64,000 nucleotides of DNA from Candidatus Acidiferrum sp. (GTDB taxonomy: Bacteria > Acidobacteriota > Terriglobia > Acidiferrales > UBA7541). The notes beneath the pieces are model-generated. The model ran no database searches and was not told where the DNA came from. It worked only from the letters and a program-made list of their open reading frames with translations. This document shows positions 39,286-49,044 of this stretch, piece after piece (the stretch's first letter is position 1; the number at the start of each line of letters is the position of its first letter). The stretch lies in assembly GCA_036522305.1 (NCBI GenBank), contig DATDGB010000007.1:18342-82341 (forward strand). Reading direction: 5' to 3'. The position numbers and the translations under genes were made by a program.

Positions 39286-39303
39286 TTGCATGAGTACCGC
39301 CAG
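39286..39303 (-). promoter_or_regulatory. sigma54 (-24/-12) promoter of nirA
   Basis: CTGGCGGTACTCATGCAA, i.e. GG-N10-GC, about 30 nt before the start. Confidence 0.55.
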
Positions 39304-39616
39304 CAGAGGCAGTCTCGCTCGAAAAGCCATCTTGACGAGGACCAAACTTAGGATGAAATAAACGAGCACTGGCCAAGATGGCGAGCTGATCAAACCACTC
39401 GCGATAAGCATCGCCGGGATAGTGTCACTTTCCGGATGGCAGAGGCCAACGCAAAATTTGGCTCGCATCTATCAAAAATCCGAGGATTGCCCGCAGTTTT
39501 TATCCATTTCGGGCTACGGGGCGTGTAGCGGGGGGTTGTAATTCGAACGGGGGAGGTGGCAGCGGTGTCTGGATAGATGAAGGCGCAAGATGCGCCTTCC
39601 AAGGAGATCTGCCACC

Positions 39617-40159
39617 ATGAAGAAGATGAAATTCGCTTTTGTCTTGCTTGCCGCAATTCTAGTGAGCTACGAAGGGGCGAACGCGCAAAAGGTTTCTCCC
39701 AAGTCTGCGCCGGCGATCACTATTCCGGATTTGTCGAAGCTCAACATCGATAAAATATTGCAACAGGTACAGACGACCAGTGTTCAGCCGAGCGCCCAAG
39801 AAGCAACACTTTTGCAGGTCGTGGCTGAATTTCTGCAACTGCGGCCCGGGCAAGTGGGCCAGCTAGAGCACCTGCTACAGGCGCGCCAGGCGGCGCTTGT
39901 GCCCCTATTCCAAACTGCGCAAGGGCTGACGCAACAGCTGGGAGTGCTGCTGAATTCCGGAGGAAATCCGGCTCAAGTGGGAATTCTAGTGATCCAGATT
40001 CACGCGTTGCAGCAGCAGGCGGCGCAAACACAACAGGCGTTCCTCGGGCAATTCGTGGCCAGCCTTGACCCGGAGCAGTTGCAAAAGCTTCAGGCGGTGC
40101 AGATCGCAGCGCAACTGCAACCGATTCTTCCGGCGTTCCAACCCATTTTTCTCTTTTGA
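39617..40159 (+). CDS. Secreted Gln-rich helical protein (Spy/CpxP-like)
   Basis: AAGGAG RBS, signal peptide, LDPEQLQKL (LTxxQ-like). Confidence 0.6.
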   Translation: MKKMKFAFVLLAAILVSYEGANAQKVSPKSAPAITIPDLSKLNIDKILQQVQTTSVQPSAQEATLLQVVAEFLQLRPGQVGQLEHLLQARQAALVPLFQTAQGLTQQLGVLLNSGGNPAQVGILVIQIHALQQQAAQTQQAFLGQFVASLDPEQLQKLQAVQIAAQLQPILPAFQPIFLF

Positions 40160-40324
40160 TGGCAAGATGTGCCAGCGACCGGGTGTGGGCGGCGGGGCCG
40201 CCCACACTGTGCCGCCAGCGTCATGGGGGCGTTCGAATGGAGGGCTTCCAGCAAGCACTCGGCGTGTTATTTTCTGAACGGGCAAACGGTCGGCGGTGTC
40301 TATATGTAGAGAGGCAAGTACGGC

Positions 40325-40864
40325 GTGACAGGGGCATTCGTGAATGCGCTGATCTTGAAAGCCGAGGCGCCTGAAACGGAGGCGGGATTTGGCGAGCGCA
40401 TCGCTGAGAACCAGCGGCGCGTTTTTCAGATTGCTTACAGCGTCCTTGGAAACTCCGCCGACGCGGAAGATGTTGCCCAGGAAGCGTTCTTGCGCGCTTA
40501 TCAGAAGTATGCTTCTCTGCGCGAAGCCGAAAAATTTCGAGCGTGGGTGAACCGCATCGTATTCCGGCTGGCCCTGAACCGCCGGAGGGGCCATCTGCGG
40601 CGGCTGACACGAGATACCGCGTGGCAATTCACAGAAGCCCCGGCGATGATTGACGGAGCGAAAGACGCGGAGCAACGTGTGATGCTGGAGCGCTTGCGAA
40701 AGCAAATTGAACTGTTGCCGGAGAAATTGCGAAGCGTCTTGCAACTCTCGCTGGTGGAAGAGATGGAAGCCGCAGACGTTGGAGCGGTGCTGGGGATTCC
40801 TGCAGGGACGGTAAGGTCGAGAGTGCACACGGCCCGAAAACTTTTGTTGGAAGCGATGAAATGA
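40325..40864 (+). CDS. ECF sigma factor
   Basis: DAEDVAQEAF, FRAWVNRI, GIPAGTVRSRVH. Confidence 0.92.
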   Translation: MTGAFVNALILKAEAPETEAGFGERIAENQRRVFQIAYSVLGNSADAEDVAQEAFLRAYQKYASLREAEKFRAWVNRIVFRLALNRRRGHLRRLTRDTAWQFTEAPAMIDGAKDAEQRVMLERLRKQIELLPEKLRSVLQLSLVEEMEAADVGAVLGIPAGTVRSRVHTARKLLLEAMK

Positions 40865-41361
40865 AGAACGAGTGCGAAAAATGGAAAGACCAGCTCCTGG
40901 AAACGGCGCTGACAGGAACAGCGTCTGCGGATTTCGAGACGCATCTGCGTAGCTGCACAATTTGTTCGAAGGAGTTGGATGCTGCTCGGGCACGCAAGGC
41001 GCGGCTAGACGAGCTTCTGCCGCTCGCGGCGCGAGGAGCGGAGCCGCCAGTGGATTTCAGGGCGCGGGTGCTTGCTGCATCGGAGGCGGTCAGAGAAGGA
41101 AGCAGGGCGCGGCGCTGGCGGCTATGGACTCTGGCGGGAGCCACGGCGGCAATTGTGGTGCTGATGATTGGCGTGACGATTTACCGGAGGACCGCGCCAG
41201 CATTTCCGAAAGAGGAACTGGCCATGGCGCAGAAACTGGCGGAATGGCGAGCCCCCAGCGACGGCCTGCTACGGACTCCTGGGCAGGAGATGTTGCGGAC
41301 GATGCCGCGGCTCGGTAAGTCGTATTTGAATGTCCCCGTGAAGAAGGATGAGGAGGAGTGA
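40861..41361 (+). CDS. Putative zinc-finger anti-sigma factor
   Basis: HLRSCTIC (HxxxCxxC), one TM, overlaps the sigma stop. Confidence 0.8.
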   Translation: MKNECEKWKDQLLETALTGTASADFETHLRSCTICSKELDAARARKARLDELLPLAARGAEPPVDFRARVLAASEAVREGSRARRWRLWTLAGATAAIVVLMIGVTIYRRTAPAFPKEELAMAQKLAEWRAPSDGLLRTPGQEMLRTMPRLGKSYLNVPVKKDEEE

Positions 41362-41362
41362 G

Positions 41363-41791
41363 ATGAGGGCTAGAATTTTCTGCATTTGCGCGATATTTCT
41401 TTTCGGGGCGAGTGTGGTCCGCGCGCAACAGCCCGATCAGGATCCGATCGGGCAGAGCTTTTTTGCGCCGGAACTCGTGATCCAGCACCAGGAAGCGATC
41501 GGGTTGAGCGCCGAGCAGAGAGACTATTTCAAGTCGGAAATCCGCCAGGCGCAACTGAAATTCACGGAATTGCAATGGAAGCTACAGGATGAAATGGAAA
41601 AGCTCGTTACGCTGGTGAAGCAGCCACGCGTCGAGGAGCAACAGGTTCTCGCGCAGCTAGAAAAAGTGCTGGCCGCGGAGCGCGAAGTGAAAAGGGAGCA
41701 GGTAACGCTGCTGGTGCGAATCAAAAACAAATTGACTCCGGAGCAGCAAGGAAAATTGCTCGAGCTGCGAAGTAAAACGGCGACCAAATAG
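41363..41791 (+). CDS. Periplasmic Spy/CpxP/ZraP-like protein
   Basis: Signal peptide, LSAEQ and LTPEQ motifs. Confidence 0.75.
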   Translation: MRARIFCICAIFLFGASVVRAQQPDQDPIGQSFFAPELVIQHQEAIGLSAEQRDYFKSEIRQAQLKFTELQWKLQDEMEKLVTLVKQPRVEEQQVLAQLEKVLAAEREVKREQVTLLVRIKNKLTPEQQGKLLELRSKTATK

Positions 41792-41837
41792 GAAAGGGAA
41801 GCGAGTCGCGGCGGTGCGGAGCAACTGAACTGCTGGA

Positions 41838-42758
41838 TCAGTCCAGTTTGTGGAGGTAGTCGTAATTCACTTTAATGGCTTCGATGGCGGGCATGCTGGT
41901 GAATGGGGGCTCCTGCTCCACGTAGAACCACTCGACTTCCGATTTTTTTGCGGCGGCAAAAATGGGCCGGTAGTCAATGTGACCGCGCCCGAGTTCGGCA
42001 GGTTTCGGACGAGAGCTCTCGTCGAGGCCCACGCTCGGAGTTGCGGTGGGCTGGAAGTCCTTGATGTGCAGTAGGCGGTAGCGGTTTGGATATTTTGCGA
42101 TATAAGCGGCAGGGTCGTGGCCGGCTGCGACCATCCACCCGCAGTCGAGTTCGAACTTCACCAAGCCCGGATCAGTGTCGCGGAGCAACTCGTCGTAGCC
42201 GATCCCGCCAGGAAACGGTTTGAACTCAAAATTGTGATTGTGATATCCGAATTGCAAGCCGGCTTTTTTTGCTTGCTCGCCCATCTCGTTGCAGCGTTGT
42301 GCCATGGGCTTGTAGTCGTCCAATGTCAAGGCAGCTATCTGCGCCATGAACGCTTTCAAATCGAACTTAGCGGAACTTGGCGGCTTCGGCAAAGTGACGG
42401 AAGAGATGACGTACTTAGCGCCGAGTTCGGTGGCGAGGGGCACGGCCTCTTCCATTCCACCCATGCCGATATGCACGCTGCGGCAATGGAGTCCCGCTGC
42501 TTGCAGCGAACTCTTGATTTCGGCGGGCTTCTTGCCAAAGACCCCGGCTAGTTCGACTTCGCGGTATCCGATCGCGGCAATTTGGCGCAGAGTGCCGTCG
42601 TAATCCTTTTCGAGTTGCGCGCTAACGGTGTAGAGCTGAAGTCCTATGGGCTTTCCAAGCGGGTTCGCAAAAAGACGTGAGGTGTGGCCGAGAGCGAAGG
42701 AACTCGCGGCTAGCGCGCTGCCGGTACGGATCAGAAATTCTCGTCGCGATGAATTCAT
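41838..42758 (-). CDS. Tat-exported sugar phosphate isomerase/epimerase (TIM barrel)
   Basis: SRREFL, GLQLYTV, YHNHNFEF, ELDCGW, LHIKD, VEQE. Confidence 0.88.
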   Translation of the reverse strand: MNSSRREFLIRTGSALAASSFALGHTSRLFANPLGKPIGLQLYTVSAQLEKDYDGTLRQIAAIGYREVELAGVFGKKPAEIKSSLQAAGLHCRSVHIGMGGMEEAVPLATELGAKYVISSVTLPKPPSSAKFDLKAFMAQIAALTLDDYKPMAQRCNEMGEQAKKAGLQFGYHNHNFEFKPFPGGIGYDELLRDTDPGLVKFELDCGWMVAAGHDPAAYIAKYPNRYRLLHIKDFQPTATPSVGLDESSRPKPAELGRGHIDYRPIFAAAKKSEVEWFYVEQEPPFTSMPAIEAIKVNYDYLHKLD

Positions 42759-42780
42759 TGCTGACTCCTGATTTTCGAAC

Positions 42781-42807
42781 GCACCGGTCTAAAGACCCGC
42801 CACTACA
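42781..42807. repeat. GTAG-type REP
   Basis: Inverted near-identical copy of 21803-21829. Confidence 0.8.
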
Positions 42808-42821
42808 AGGGCAAATGAAGA

Positions 42822-44945
42822 TCAGGCTTCTTCGCCGAAGCGCTTGATGTCTTCGGGGCCTTCCTTGAGGGGGCCCATGTTGCGGCCCTGGACGAGCTCG
42901 CGGATTTGCTCGACGATGTCGGGATTGGCGAGCGTGGTAATGTCGCCGGTGTCCATGTGATTGGAGATGGCGGCAAGCACGCGCCGCATGATTTTTCCGG
43001 AGCGTGTCTTGGGCATGTCCGGAACGATGTGGACGGACTTGGGGCGGGCGATTTTGCCGATCATGGTTTCAATGGTGGAGACGACTTTGTCTTGTATGGC
43101 TTTGGTGGTCGGAACGCCGGGCTTGAGTGAGATGTAGACGACGGGGACGCGGCCCTTGACTTCGTCGACTTCGGGGACGACGGCGGCTTCGGCGACTTCG
43201 CCAATAGTGAGGCAGGCGGATTCAACTTCCTTGGTGCCGAGGCGGTGGCCGGCGACGTTGATGACGTCATCGACGCGGCCGAGGATGCGGAAGTAACCGT
43301 CGGCAGGCAGCATGGCGCCGTCAGCGGCGTAGTAGGGCCAGTCGCGCCAGTCTTTACTCTTGGGGTTCTTGTTGTATTTTTTGTAATACTGACTGACGAA
43401 GCGTTGCGGGTCGCCCCAAATCGTTTGCATGATGCCGGGCCAGGGATTGCGGATGCAAATGTTTCCGGCTCGTCCGGAGCCGGCTTTCAGCTCTTGGCGG
43501 TTTTCGTCCCAGATTACGGGATAAATTCCGAGCGCGCCGGGGCCGGCGCTGCCGGGCTTCATCGGATCGAGAGCAGGCTTGGTGGTGCAAAGGAAGCCGC
43601 CGGTTTCGGTTTGCCACCAGGTGTCGACGATGACCGCTTGCCCCTTGCCAACGATGTTGTAGTACCACTTCCAAACTTCCGGCTCGATGGGCTCGCCGAC
43701 CGTGGTCATGTGTTTGAATTTGTAGTTGTAGATTTTTGGCTCGTGGAAACCGGCTTTGCGCAACATGCGGATCGCGGTGGGCGAAGTGTGGAAAATGTTG
43801 ACGCCCAGGCGTTCGGCGATGCGCCAGGGGCGGCCGGCGTCGGGGAATTGCGGGACGCCTTCGTAGAGCACGCTGGTGGCGGCGAGCGCCATCGGGCCGT
43901 AGACGATATAGGAGTGGCCAGTGATCCAGCCGATGTCGGCCATGCACCAGTAGACATCCTCGGGATGAATGTCCTGGTAATACTTCGCCGTGCCGGTCAC
44001 GTAGGCGAGATAGCCGCCGGTGCGATGCTGGCAGCCTTTCGGCTTGCCGGTGGTGCCGCTGGTATACATCAGGAAGAGCGGTGCTTCGGCGTCCTGCGAG
44101 ACAGGCTCGACAATCTGGTTGCGATAATCTTTCAGGACATCATCCACGAAATAATCGCGGCCCATGATCATGGGGGTCTCGGAAGAATATTTTGCAGGAT
44201 ACCGCTTCCAGATGAGAACCTTCTCGATCGCTTGCCCTTCTTTGGTGGCGGTGTGTACAGCAATGTCCGCGCTGGCCTTGTGGTCCACCCACTTGCCGTT
44301 ACGGCTGTAGCCGTCGGCGTATATCAGCACGCGGCTGCCGGAATCGGCGGCGCGCAAGCCGCAGGCTTCGCCGCTGAAACCGCCAAAGACGACGGAGTGG
44401 ACTACGCCGAGGCGCGCGCAGGCCAACATGGTGATGGGCAACTCCGGAATCATCGGCATGTGAATGGTGACGCGGTCGCCGTTTTTCAATCCGGCGAAAT
44501 CACGAAGCATGGCGGCAACTTCGTTTACGCGCTTGTAGAGCTCCAGGTAGGTGATGACCGTGGTTGCTTCGGTTTCCTGCTCGGGAACGAAAATCAGCGC
44601 GGCCTTGTTTTTGTATTTGGCGAGATGGCGGTCAACGCAGTTGTAGCAAACGTTGAGTTTGCCGCCCACGAACCATTTCCAGAAGGGCGGCTTGCTGGTG
44701 TCCAGCGTCTTGCGCCAGGGCTTGTCCCAATCGAGCAGGGAAGCGTAATGGTCGAAACACTCCGGAAAATGCTTTTCGCTGAATTTTCTGACGAAAGCCG
44801 GATCGGCAAGATTGGCCTGGGCGATGAATTCTTTGGAAGGGCGGTAATACACTTCTTCCTTCCAGTGGACGGCGATCTGGGCTTCGGTGAGCTTTTGCTT
44901 GCCTTTGGATGCTTTCGCAGCTAGTTTCGGTCGGACGGTGGCCAC
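42822..44945 (-). CDS. acs: Acetate--CoA ligase
   Basis: YTSGTTGKPKG, DTWWQTETGG, PKTRSGKIMRR. Confidence 0.95.
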   Translation of the reverse strand: MATVRPKLAAKASKGKQKLTEAQIAVHWKEEVYYRPSKEFIAQANLADPAFVRKFSEKHFPECFDHYASLLDWDKPWRKTLDTSKPPFWKWFVGGKLNVCYNCVDRHLAKYKNKAALIFVPEQETEATTVITYLELYKRVNEVAAMLRDFAGLKNGDRVTIHMPMIPELPITMLACARLGVVHSVVFGGFSGEACGLRAADSGSRVLIYADGYSRNGKWVDHKASADIAVHTATKEGQAIEKVLIWKRYPAKYSSETPMIMGRDYFVDDVLKDYRNQIVEPVSQDAEAPLFLMYTSGTTGKPKGCQHRTGGYLAYVTGTAKYYQDIHPEDVYWCMADIGWITGHSYIVYGPMALAATSVLYEGVPQFPDAGRPWRIAERLGVNIFHTSPTAIRMLRKAGFHEPKIYNYKFKHMTTVGEPIEPEVWKWYYNIVGKGQAVIVDTWWQTETGGFLCTTKPALDPMKPGSAGPGALGIYPVIWDENRQELKAGSGRAGNICIRNPWPGIMQTIWGDPQRFVSQYYKKYNKNPKSKDWRDWPYYAADGAMLPADGYFRILGRVDDVINVAGHRLGTKEVESACLTIGEVAEAAVVPEVDEVKGRVPVVYISLKPGVPTTKAIQDKVVSTIETMIGKIARPKSVHIVPDMPKTRSGKIMRRVLAAISNHMDTGDITTLANPDIVEQIRELVQGRNMGPLKEGPEDIKRFGEEA

Positions 44946-45095
44946 GGCGGCAACTCCCCTTCGAAGAATAGATTCGATTGTTACGCAACAACGAGGAAGA
45001 CAGTGACGCGGGCAAGCTGATATCCCATCGGGAATGAGCTTGCCCGCAAAAATGATGCTCCCGCAGGGGCGCGGGAGTCAATCCGCGCAGCTGCG

Positions 45096-46559
45096 CTATT
45101 TCATGCCGCCGACTTCGTCCCAGATCTTGTGCCCGTGCGTTTCCTTTAGCAGGAGGCCGCCGACGACAAAGGTCATCGAGGCGACAATCATGGGGTAGTA
45201 GAGGCCGGCAAGAATGTTGCCGGTTGCCGCGCAGCTCCATAATCCGATGAGCGGCAGAAGGCCGCCAAAAACGCCGTTACCGATGTGGTAGGGAAGCGAA
45301 AGAGATGTATAGCGAATCTTCGCCGGGAAAGCCTCCACAAGATATGCTGCGATGGGACCGTAGACCATGCAGACGTAAATCACCTGGATGAAGACCAGAA
45401 AAACAAGCATAGGCACATTTGGGTTGGGAGCTTCTTTCGCGGGGACTAGCGCGTTGGTAACGGGGTCGGTGGTCATGGCCGTCAAAGTGGTGGCGCCGGT
45501 GACTTTGTTTTTTGCAGATTTTACGGTGACAACGTTGTTACCCGCGGCGCTCTGCATTGCCTTGTAGATGGGGATGTAGGTAACGACGGCGAGCAGACAT
45601 GCACCCAGCATGAGCCACTTGCGGCCGATCCTGTCCGAGATTGCGCCAAAAACCGTGAAGAATGGCATGGCGCAAAGCAGAGCGATGGCAATGATGATGT
45701 TGGCGGTCTTGGTGTTCACCTTAAGGATCGTCTGCAAGTAGAAGAGGGCATAAAACTGGCCGGTGTACCAAACGACGCCTTGGCCTGCTGTGGCCCCGAA
45801 GAGGGAGATGAGCACGCGCTTGAGGTTTTCCCACTTCCCGAATGCATCCTTCAGAGGCTGAGCGGAGGTCATGCCCGCGCTCTTGATAGAGGCGAAGATC
45901 GGCGATTCCTTCATCTTCAATCGGATGTAAAGCGAGATCGAGACCAGGATGATGGAGATCAGGAAAGGAAGGCGCCAGCCCCACGCGCTGAAAGCCTCCT
46001 TGCTCAGGGACTGCTGAGTGAGGAGGATCACGATGAGCGAGACGAAAAGACCCAGAGTCGCGGTGATCTGAATAAAGCTGGTGTAGAACCCACGCTTGTT
46101 ATCGGGAACATGCTCGGCGACATAGACCGCCGCGCCGCCGTACTCACCACCAAGGGCCAAGCCCTGCAAGACGCGGATGAGAATCAGCGTGATCGGGGAG
46201 AGCCAGCCGGCAGTGCTGTAGACAGGCAGAAGACCAATCAGAAAAGTTGCGCCTCCCATAATGGTTAGCGTTACGAGAAAGGCGTATTTCCTTCCAACCA
46301 AGTCGCCGATGCGCCCGAAGAAAAGCGCTCCGAATGGACGCACCAGGAAGCCCACGGCGAATGTCGCCAGGTAGGCCACGTAGGCGAACGTATCGTTTCC
46401 GGGGGGATAGAACTTGAGCGCGAGGACGGCCGCCAGACTGCCGAAGATGTAAAAGTCGTACCACTCGATCATGGTCCCGACACTGGAGGCCATAATGACT
46501 TTCCAGATGCTGTATTCCGCGGTACCGCCCATCGGGATTGCGTCTGCACGGCTGGCCAT
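45096..46559 (-). CDS. MFS transporter, MHS family
   Basis: GTMIEWYDF, GDLVGRK, GGEYGGA; AGGAGG RBS. Confidence 0.9.
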   Translation of the reverse strand: MASRADAIPMGGTAEYSIWKVIMASSVGTMIEWYDFYIFGSLAAVLALKFYPPGNDTFAYVAYLATFAVGFLVRPFGALFFGRIGDLVGRKYAFLVTLTIMGGATFLIGLLPVYSTAGWLSPITLILIRVLQGLALGGEYGGAAVYVAEHVPDNKRGFYTSFIQITATLGLFVSLIVILLTQQSLSKEAFSAWGWRLPFLISIILVSISLYIRLKMKESPIFASIKSAGMTSAQPLKDAFGKWENLKRVLISLFGATAGQGVVWYTGQFYALFYLQTILKVNTKTANIIIAIALLCAMPFFTVFGAISDRIGRKWLMLGACLLAVVTYIPIYKAMQSAAGNNVVTVKSAKNKVTGATTLTAMTTDPVTNALVPAKEAPNPNVPMLVFLVFIQVIYVCMVYGPIAAYLVEAFPAKIRYTSLSLPYHIGNGVFGGLLPLIGLWSCAATGNILAGLYYPMIVASMTFVVGGLLLKETHGHKIWDEVGGMK

Positions 46560-46858
46560 GCTTCCTCCTGTGAAGTCCGACCTTCTTGCGACAGCGTGAC
46601 GCTGGCTGATCGCTCTATTGAGCGAGGCCCGCGGCACACCTCCCCTGACGTCTTTTTTCCTTCCTTTGAATCCCCCCTGTGACTCGCCATTGGGGTGCGA
46701 GCCAAGTCTTCAGTGGTGGAAGGGCTTTAGAATGCCCCGTTAATATACGGGTCGGCGTTCGTTGTCAAGAAATGACTTAACGCCACTTGGGTGCGCAGAG
46801 CCAGACTCGGGTGTGGACTCATTGGAGTCCCAACCGCATTCGTGGTAAAACTTTCCGT

Positions 46859-47626
46859 TTGAACTTGCACAACGCTATCTTCCTCTTTTTCGCCGGCGCC
46901 CTAGGCGGCGGGATCAACGCGGTCGCCGGCGGCGGGAGCTTCGTTGCTTTCCCCGCACTCTTGTTCACTGGTGTCCCGCCCATCCCCGCCAACGCCACCA
47001 ACACTCTTGCCCTCTGGGTGGGCACCACGGCGAGCAGCGGCGCCTATCCGCAAAAGTTGAACATCCCTAGCCGCGTAATGATCCCTCTCGTCCTGACCAG
47101 CATCATTGGTGGCCTGGCCGGCGCCTTTCTCCTGATCAAGACTCCCGCGCAAACTTTCCTGCATGTCCTCCCGTGGCTCATGCTCGGCGCTACTTTGCTT
47201 TTCGCCTTCGGCAAGCACCTGACCGGGCGCATTTCCGCCGGCATCTCGCATGACGCCACCAACGCCGCCGTCGCGGGAGCCTCCATCTTCGAACTCCTCG
47301 TCGCCGTCTACGGCGGCTATTTCGGCGGAGGCATCGGCATCATGAACCTGGCGATGCTCTCCGCGCTGGGCATGACCGAAATTCACGCCATGAACAAGCT
47401 CAAAGTCATTCTCGGCGGAGTGATCAACGGCGTCGCCACCGTGACATTCATCGTGACCCGCGCCATCGTCTGGCCTCAGGCCATCGTCATGAGCGTGGGT
47501 TCCTTGGTTGGCGGCTACTCCAGCGCGCACTTTGCGCAAAAGCTCCCGCAAGCGTGGGTGAAGTCCTTCGTGATCTTGGTCGGCACGGCCATGACCATCT
47601 ATTTTTTCGTTCGCGGTTATCGCTAG
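46859..47626 (+). CDS. TSUP (TauE/SafE) family transporter
   Basis: NAVAGGGS, ANATN, YGGYFGGGIG; start approximate. Confidence 0.85.
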   Translation: MNLHNAIFLFFAGALGGGINAVAGGGSFVAFPALLFTGVPPIPANATNTLALWVGTTASSGAYPQKLNIPSRVMIPLVLTSIIGGLAGAFLLIKTPAQTFLHVLPWLMLGATLLFAFGKHLTGRISAGISHDATNAAVAGASIFELLVAVYGGYFGGGIGIMNLAMLSALGMTEIHAMNKLKVILGGVINGVATVTFIVTRAIVWPQAIVMSVGSLVGGYSSAHFAQKLPQAWVKSFVILVGTAMTIYFFVRGYR

Positions 47627-47706
47627 ACTATTCGGTCAAAGCTGTGCCTCGCACTTCGCCCGATTTTTCTTTCACGCCCAACGGCTTTTGATATAGTGCC
47701 CGCTAT

Positions 47707-49020
47707 ATGTCCACTCTTGGCGTCCACCCACAATCACAAACCGCCCAAGGGACGCCACTCACAAGAAATCAGATCCGCGGTTTCTGGGCCTCCTGGGGAG
47801 GCTGGACGCTCGACGGCATGGATTCTTTTATTTATGCCCTCGTCCTCGTGCCCTCTCTGCGCGATCTGCTCCCGCATTCGGGCATTGCCGCCACGAAAGC
47901 CAATGTCGGCCGTTATGGCGGCCTGCTCTTCGCTCTTTTTCTGGTGGGATGGGGACTGGCGTTTTTGTGGGGGCCCGTCGGCGATAAATTTGGACGAGTG
48001 CGAACGCTCATGCTGACGGTTGTCTGGTACTCCGTGTTCACCTTTCTTAGCGCCCTGGTCACAAACGTCTGGCAATTGGCGGCCTTGCGTTTGCTCGCCG
48101 GGATCGGCATCGGCGGCGAGTGGGCCATGGGTGGCACCTTCGTCGCGGAAGAATGGCCGGAGAACCGCCGCCGCGCTGGCGCCGGCTACATGCACACCGG
48201 ATACTACGTGGGCATTTTCCTGGCGGCCATTCTGAACTATCTCATCGGCAGTAAATTTGGATGGCGCTGGATGTTTGCGGTCGGCGGGCTTCCCGCTCTT
48301 TTGTTGGCGTGGGTGCGGCACGGCGTCACCGAACCTGAGCGCTGGCAGAAAAAAGAAAAAGTTGTGAGCACTTGGCGGATTTGGCAGCCTTTCGCAACAC
48401 TTTTTTCCGCCACACTCCGACGCCGGACCATTCTAAACACGTTGTATATGCTTGCTTCCATTTGCGGCCTATGGGCCGGAACCGTTTATGTGCCGGCGGC
48501 TGTGACGGCCCTCGCGGAAGCCGGCGGGCGAGTCGGGCCGCAAGCGGCGCAACTCGCCTCCACGGCAACCATGCTCGTCGCCTTTGCCACAATTCTGGGA
48601 TGCCTGACGATGCCGTGGCTCGCAGAAAAATTGGGCCGGCGCGGAGTCTTGGCATTTTTCTTCGCGTTGATGGCGGTCTTCATCGCACTTACGTTTGGAA
48701 AAGTGTTCTATCTCGGCCCGGCGGCTCTTCCCTTGTTCTTTGTCTGCCTTTTCTTTCTCGGCTTCGCCGGCACAAATTTCGCTGTTTATACGCTTTGGCT
48801 GCCGGAGCAATATCCCACCGAGTGCCGCGCCAGCGCCTTTGCGTTTTCCACCTCCTTCGCGCGATTCGGCGGAGCCGGAATTACTTTTCTAGTCGGCGCC
48901 GGTGTTCAACATTATGGATCGCTAGGAATTCCAGTCGCACTTACGTCTATCGCGTTCGTCATTGGTTTGATTCTGATTCCTTTTGGTACAGAGACCCGCG
49001 GACAGATTTTGCCGGCGTAA
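47707..49020 (+). CDS. MFS transporter
   Basis: GWTLDGMD, GDKFGRVR, GIGGEW, EQYPTECRA. Confidence 0.9.
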   Translation: MSTLGVHPQSQTAQGTPLTRNQIRGFWASWGGWTLDGMDSFIYALVLVPSLRDLLPHSGIAATKANVGRYGGLLFALFLVGWGLAFLWGPVGDKFGRVRTLMLTVVWYSVFTFLSALVTNVWQLAALRLLAGIGIGGEWAMGGTFVAEEWPENRRRAGAGYMHTGYYVGIFLAAILNYLIGSKFGWRWMFAVGGLPALLLAWVRHGVTEPERWQKKEKVVSTWRIWQPFATLFSATLRRRTILNTLYMLASICGLWAGTVYVPAAVTALAEAGGRVGPQAAQLASTATMLVAFATILGCLTMPWLAEKLGRRGVLAFFFALMAVFIALTFGKVFYLGPAALPLFFVCLFFLGFAGTNFAVYTLWLPEQYPTECRASAFAFSTSFARFGGAGITFLVGAGVQHYGSLGIPVALTSIAFVIGLILIPFGTETRGQILPA

Positions 49021-49044
49021 ATTTTACGAAAGGGCGGACAAAAC

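Noticed and set aside
43245-44924. 559-aa plus-strand ORF and similar long antisense ORFs (38297-39361, 49024-49911, 35450-36349, 7730-8602)
   Set aside because: Shadows of well-supported genes, expected in GC-rich DNA
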